A stretch of DNA of 63,371 nt, the filler included, from Octopus bimaculoides (taxonomy: Eukaryota): assembly GCF_001194135.2 (NCBI RefSeq). It is 5 parts of 5 records of this genome, joined end to end, with 100 filler letters (N's around TTAATTAATTAA, not from the genome) between each part and the next. Parts side by side here need not be neighbours in the genome. Positions count along the whole stretch, not along the records: positions 52,886 to 60,691 come from NC_068982.1; positions 60,792 to 63,371 come from NC_068984.1; 3 more parts are not named here. One strand, written 5' to 3'. This document shows positions 59,907-63,371 of this stretch, one piece after another. The notes below the pieces were generated by a model, which was not told the DNA's origin, did no database searches, and saw nothing but the letters and a program-made list of their open reading frames with translations. Within the stretch, counting starts at the first letter, position 1. Each line of letters opens with the position of its first letter. The translations under genes were made by a program, and so were the position numbers.

Positions 59907-61736
59907 AATATATATCTACACATACACACATATACCTACCTAAACATACATATAAAAACAAATACACTCATATACGCATATAATAAATAAAGAATAGTAT
60001 ATATAAATACACACTCACCCTCCCATGCTCTCAAATATACATATTATATAGATACACATATACATACATACATATATATAAAAATACAAATATAAAATAT
60101 ACACACATATATACACAGAAAAAACATGTATATACATATACATATATATATATATATATATACATAAATATATATACATACACTTATATATATTTACTTA
60201 CTAATTTATATAGACAAATTACACACACTCACATATATACTTATACCCATATATATACATATATATACACATTTACAAAAGTACATACGTAAATATAAAT
60301 ATACATATACACAAAAATACTCATAACTATATATAAAAATTATTTTTAAAAAATTAAAAAATTATACAAACAAATAAAAATTCACTCAAATAAATATATA
60401 AATAAGGAATATTATAAAACAAAACTACACTCACACACTTACTCACACACACAATATATATAAATATACATCTATACTCACAAATACATATCTTTATACG
60501 TACATATAAATACAAATATACACTCAACATACACAAACATATATAAAAACACAACACATATATATACACTTAACCTATATAAATACATACGTAAACATAT
60601 ATACATACACCTAAAAATATACATACATACTAACGCATATAGACTAAAACACACACACTCATATATATACATATACATGCATATACGCATANNNNNNNNN
60701 NNNNNNNNNNNNNNNNNNNNNNNNNNNNNNNNNNNTTAATTAATTAANNNNNNNNNNNNNNNNNNNNNNNNNNNNNNNNNNNNNNNNNNNNTGGTGGTGG
60801 TGGTGGTGGTGGTGGTGGTGGTGGTGGTGGTTGTGACAATTGATTTGGATATGGTGATGGTGCTGATAGTGATGTGTTTTTATTGTTGTGGTGGTAGTAG
60901 TGGTGTTGGCAGTGGTGGTGGTTGTATTGCGTGTGAGATTATGCTGTGACAGAGATCGTGATGATGTACTGTCCTCCGTTGTACAGGGTTCAATTTATAC
61001 TTCCGGTTTTTTTAGGGCTTTCCTTAGTAAGAAGAGACCCTGATTTTGCAGGGCCTCTAAAACCCTGACAATAATATGGCCGTTGTTCAGACTCAAGTGC
61101 TATAAATTCCCCTCTATGACGCATAAAAAAAACGGGGGTGGGGAAATGATTACGAATGACTGACTTCCTAGCAATGAAAGACTAGGAGAAAGGGATTTGT
61201 GGGCGACCTAGTAAGGGAACACATAATTATAAGGGACGGGAACAGACAGGTGTGAAAACAAGTTTTGCGTGTGGTGGGTATGGAACTAGGTTGTTCTGAA
61301 TAGCAGAAAGCGTTTTAGTACCGTTAGAAGAAAACGGTGGTGAGGCCGTAACGGACAATTACCCCCACTAGAACAATTCCCACAACAACAAGTACCCCTT
61401 ACGACAATTACCCCCAACCCCGGTTAATTACCCCCACCCCCGATTAATTACCCCCACTCCAATTACTTACATGTATGTATATATGCATGTATGTATATAT
61501 GTATGCTTGTATGCATATATGTATGCATGTATGTATGCATTTATGTATGCATGTATGTATGCATGTATGTATGCATGTATGTGAGTATATATATATGCCT
61601 GTATGTATGCATGTATGTATGCATGTATGTATGTATGTATATCATTGTTCAGATTTATTTCAAAATTTCTTGCCAACAGAGTAAGGACCAGTTTCTTAGA
61701 ACCAGGTTCCTTCATTGGAATTTCAACATCAACCGG

Positions 61737-61767
<31 letters not shown>

Positions 61768-62122
61768 TGTATTAGTATAAGGTTGGCCACAGGAAACTAA
61801 GAAATTGTTCCTTAGTTTATTTATATATAGGTACAGAAATTCTTCAGATTTACTAAAGAAACGAGATGAACCAGGATAAAATCAAATGAAATGAAATAAA
61901 CTATGCTGTAAAGATTTTATTTATTTATTTATACTTTATAGTTTTATGTTATTTTATTTTATTTCAATTCCAAGTAAAATTAGAAGACTTTCTGTAACTC
62001 TATGTTAACTAAAGTACAATTCTTGCATTGCTTCTGACAAACTTTATTATTTACCGAAATGTACTTGCTTAGCAAGCGACCTGATCTGAGATCGTGTGCT
62101 GAAACAAAAGTAATTGCAGCGT

Positions 62123-62277
62123 GGAAGGTGTTTATAAGCCATTTAAAAACACACAAAAACCGTTTGATTCACTTCAGCATTTCAGTTCAATTTGTCAAAG
62201 CGACGAAAGTATTTTGACACAAATCAAGTGAATCTAATGGTTTTTGTGTGTTTTTAAATGGCTTATAAACACATTCC
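62123..62277. repeat. Long inverted repeat (52-bp arms, 3 mismatches, 51-bp spacer)
   Basis: 62123-62174 is the reverse complement of 62226-62277. Confidence 0.92.
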
Positions 62278-62940
62278 AATATACTATTCTGCAGAATCTT
62301 TTCTATTCTAGGCACAAGGCCCGACATTTTGGGGAAGGGGGCCTGTCGATTAGATCGACCCCAGTACACGACTGTTACTTAATTTATCGACCCCTCGGCG
62401 GAATTTGAACTCAAAACAAAAAGATAGACGAAATACCGCTAAGCATTTAACCCGGAGTGCTAACGTTTCTGCCAGCTGGCCGCCTTACCATTCTGTAGAC
62501 TATGCCAACAAAGTCAGAGCTCGGTTTTAATACGATGAAATGTGTGCATATTATTCAATTCATCTTCGCAAACTAGGGATTTTTTAAAAATTTCTTTAGG
62601 TATTTTATGATAAATATCATTTAAATGCTAAAGGTGGTTCTGAATTATTTTATAACTGTGAGTGTAAGCATACATACATGCAGGCACACATACATACATA
62701 CATACATACATACATACATACATACATACATACATGCGTGTCTAGATACGCAAATATATGCATGAGAATACATACATAAAGCAAAACATACAAATCTGCA
62801 CATATACACACATACAAACAAAAGTTCCCTGTTGTTGATGTTGAAATTCCAATGAAGGAGTCTTGAAATAAAACTGGACAATGACATACATACATACATA
62901 CATACATACATACATACATAGACGGGCAGAAAGACAGAGG

Positions 62941-63008
<68 letters not shown>

Positions 63009-63371
63009 GACACCGACGGAAAGACAGACAGACAGGAAAAGAAATACAGAGAGAGATACAAAAATAGCTATAGATGTGCAAAGACTATTTTAAATTCAAA
63101 TCATATAGGCCTTCTGTTACAACGTATATATGAAAGCATATTTCTCTCTATTAAAGTGGTTATTTGTATTTAAGGGGGATCAAAGTTGCTACCATTAAAT
63201 TTTCAATATATTGAGTCTGTAAAGTATTTCTGAGTATGAGGAATCATCGCGAGAGTCACACGAGAGAGGTCTCGACCTTTGACCTTCAAAAGTGCATATT
63301 TCCATATATTTTCTCCATCTGTGAATCCGACAATATACACAGAACCTTTATATATATATATATATATATAT

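Noticed and set aside
57400-63081. Numerous YI/CV/HT-repeat ORFs in the track, and all ORFs running through N gaps
   Set aside because: They are translations of microsatellites or undetermined bases.
63270-63290. DR1-like nuclear-receptor site (cgacctttgacct)
   Set aside because: An isolated motif at the window edge with no linked gene; expected by chance.

Overview
AT-rich, microsatellite- and transposon-dense metazoan genomic DNA. The SINE/LINE content suggests an octopus or other cephalopod; this is inference. The only host gene I can support is the 5' part of STK36/Fused on the + strand. It has eight coding exons (7568-24284, 1026 nt, 342 codons) with clean GT-AG boundaries and intact kinase motifs ([24 protein letters not shown]). 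The model stops at an open splice donor. Four identical 100-nt spacers (44 N + TTAATTAATTAA + 44 N) show the window is five separately assembled pieces, so the missing 3' exons are probably an assembly effect. The rest is mobile DNA: a Mag-type Gypsy deletion derivative with TSD and PBS-containing LTRs, a second Gypsy 5' LTR with a tRNA-Trp PBS, and a solo LTR nested in a SINE. There are also RTE, CR1-like, Penelope and RLE-type LINE fragments, Tc1/mariner relics, hAT and piggyBac MITEs, and several tRNA-headed SINE families. Best leads: a tRNA-headed SINE with a minimal hammerhead ribozyme fold, a PHD finger inside the RTE reverse-transcriptase ORF, LTRs that have absorbed their own PBS, and a candidate RFX X-box promoter for STK36. 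I found no clearly new multi-gene system.
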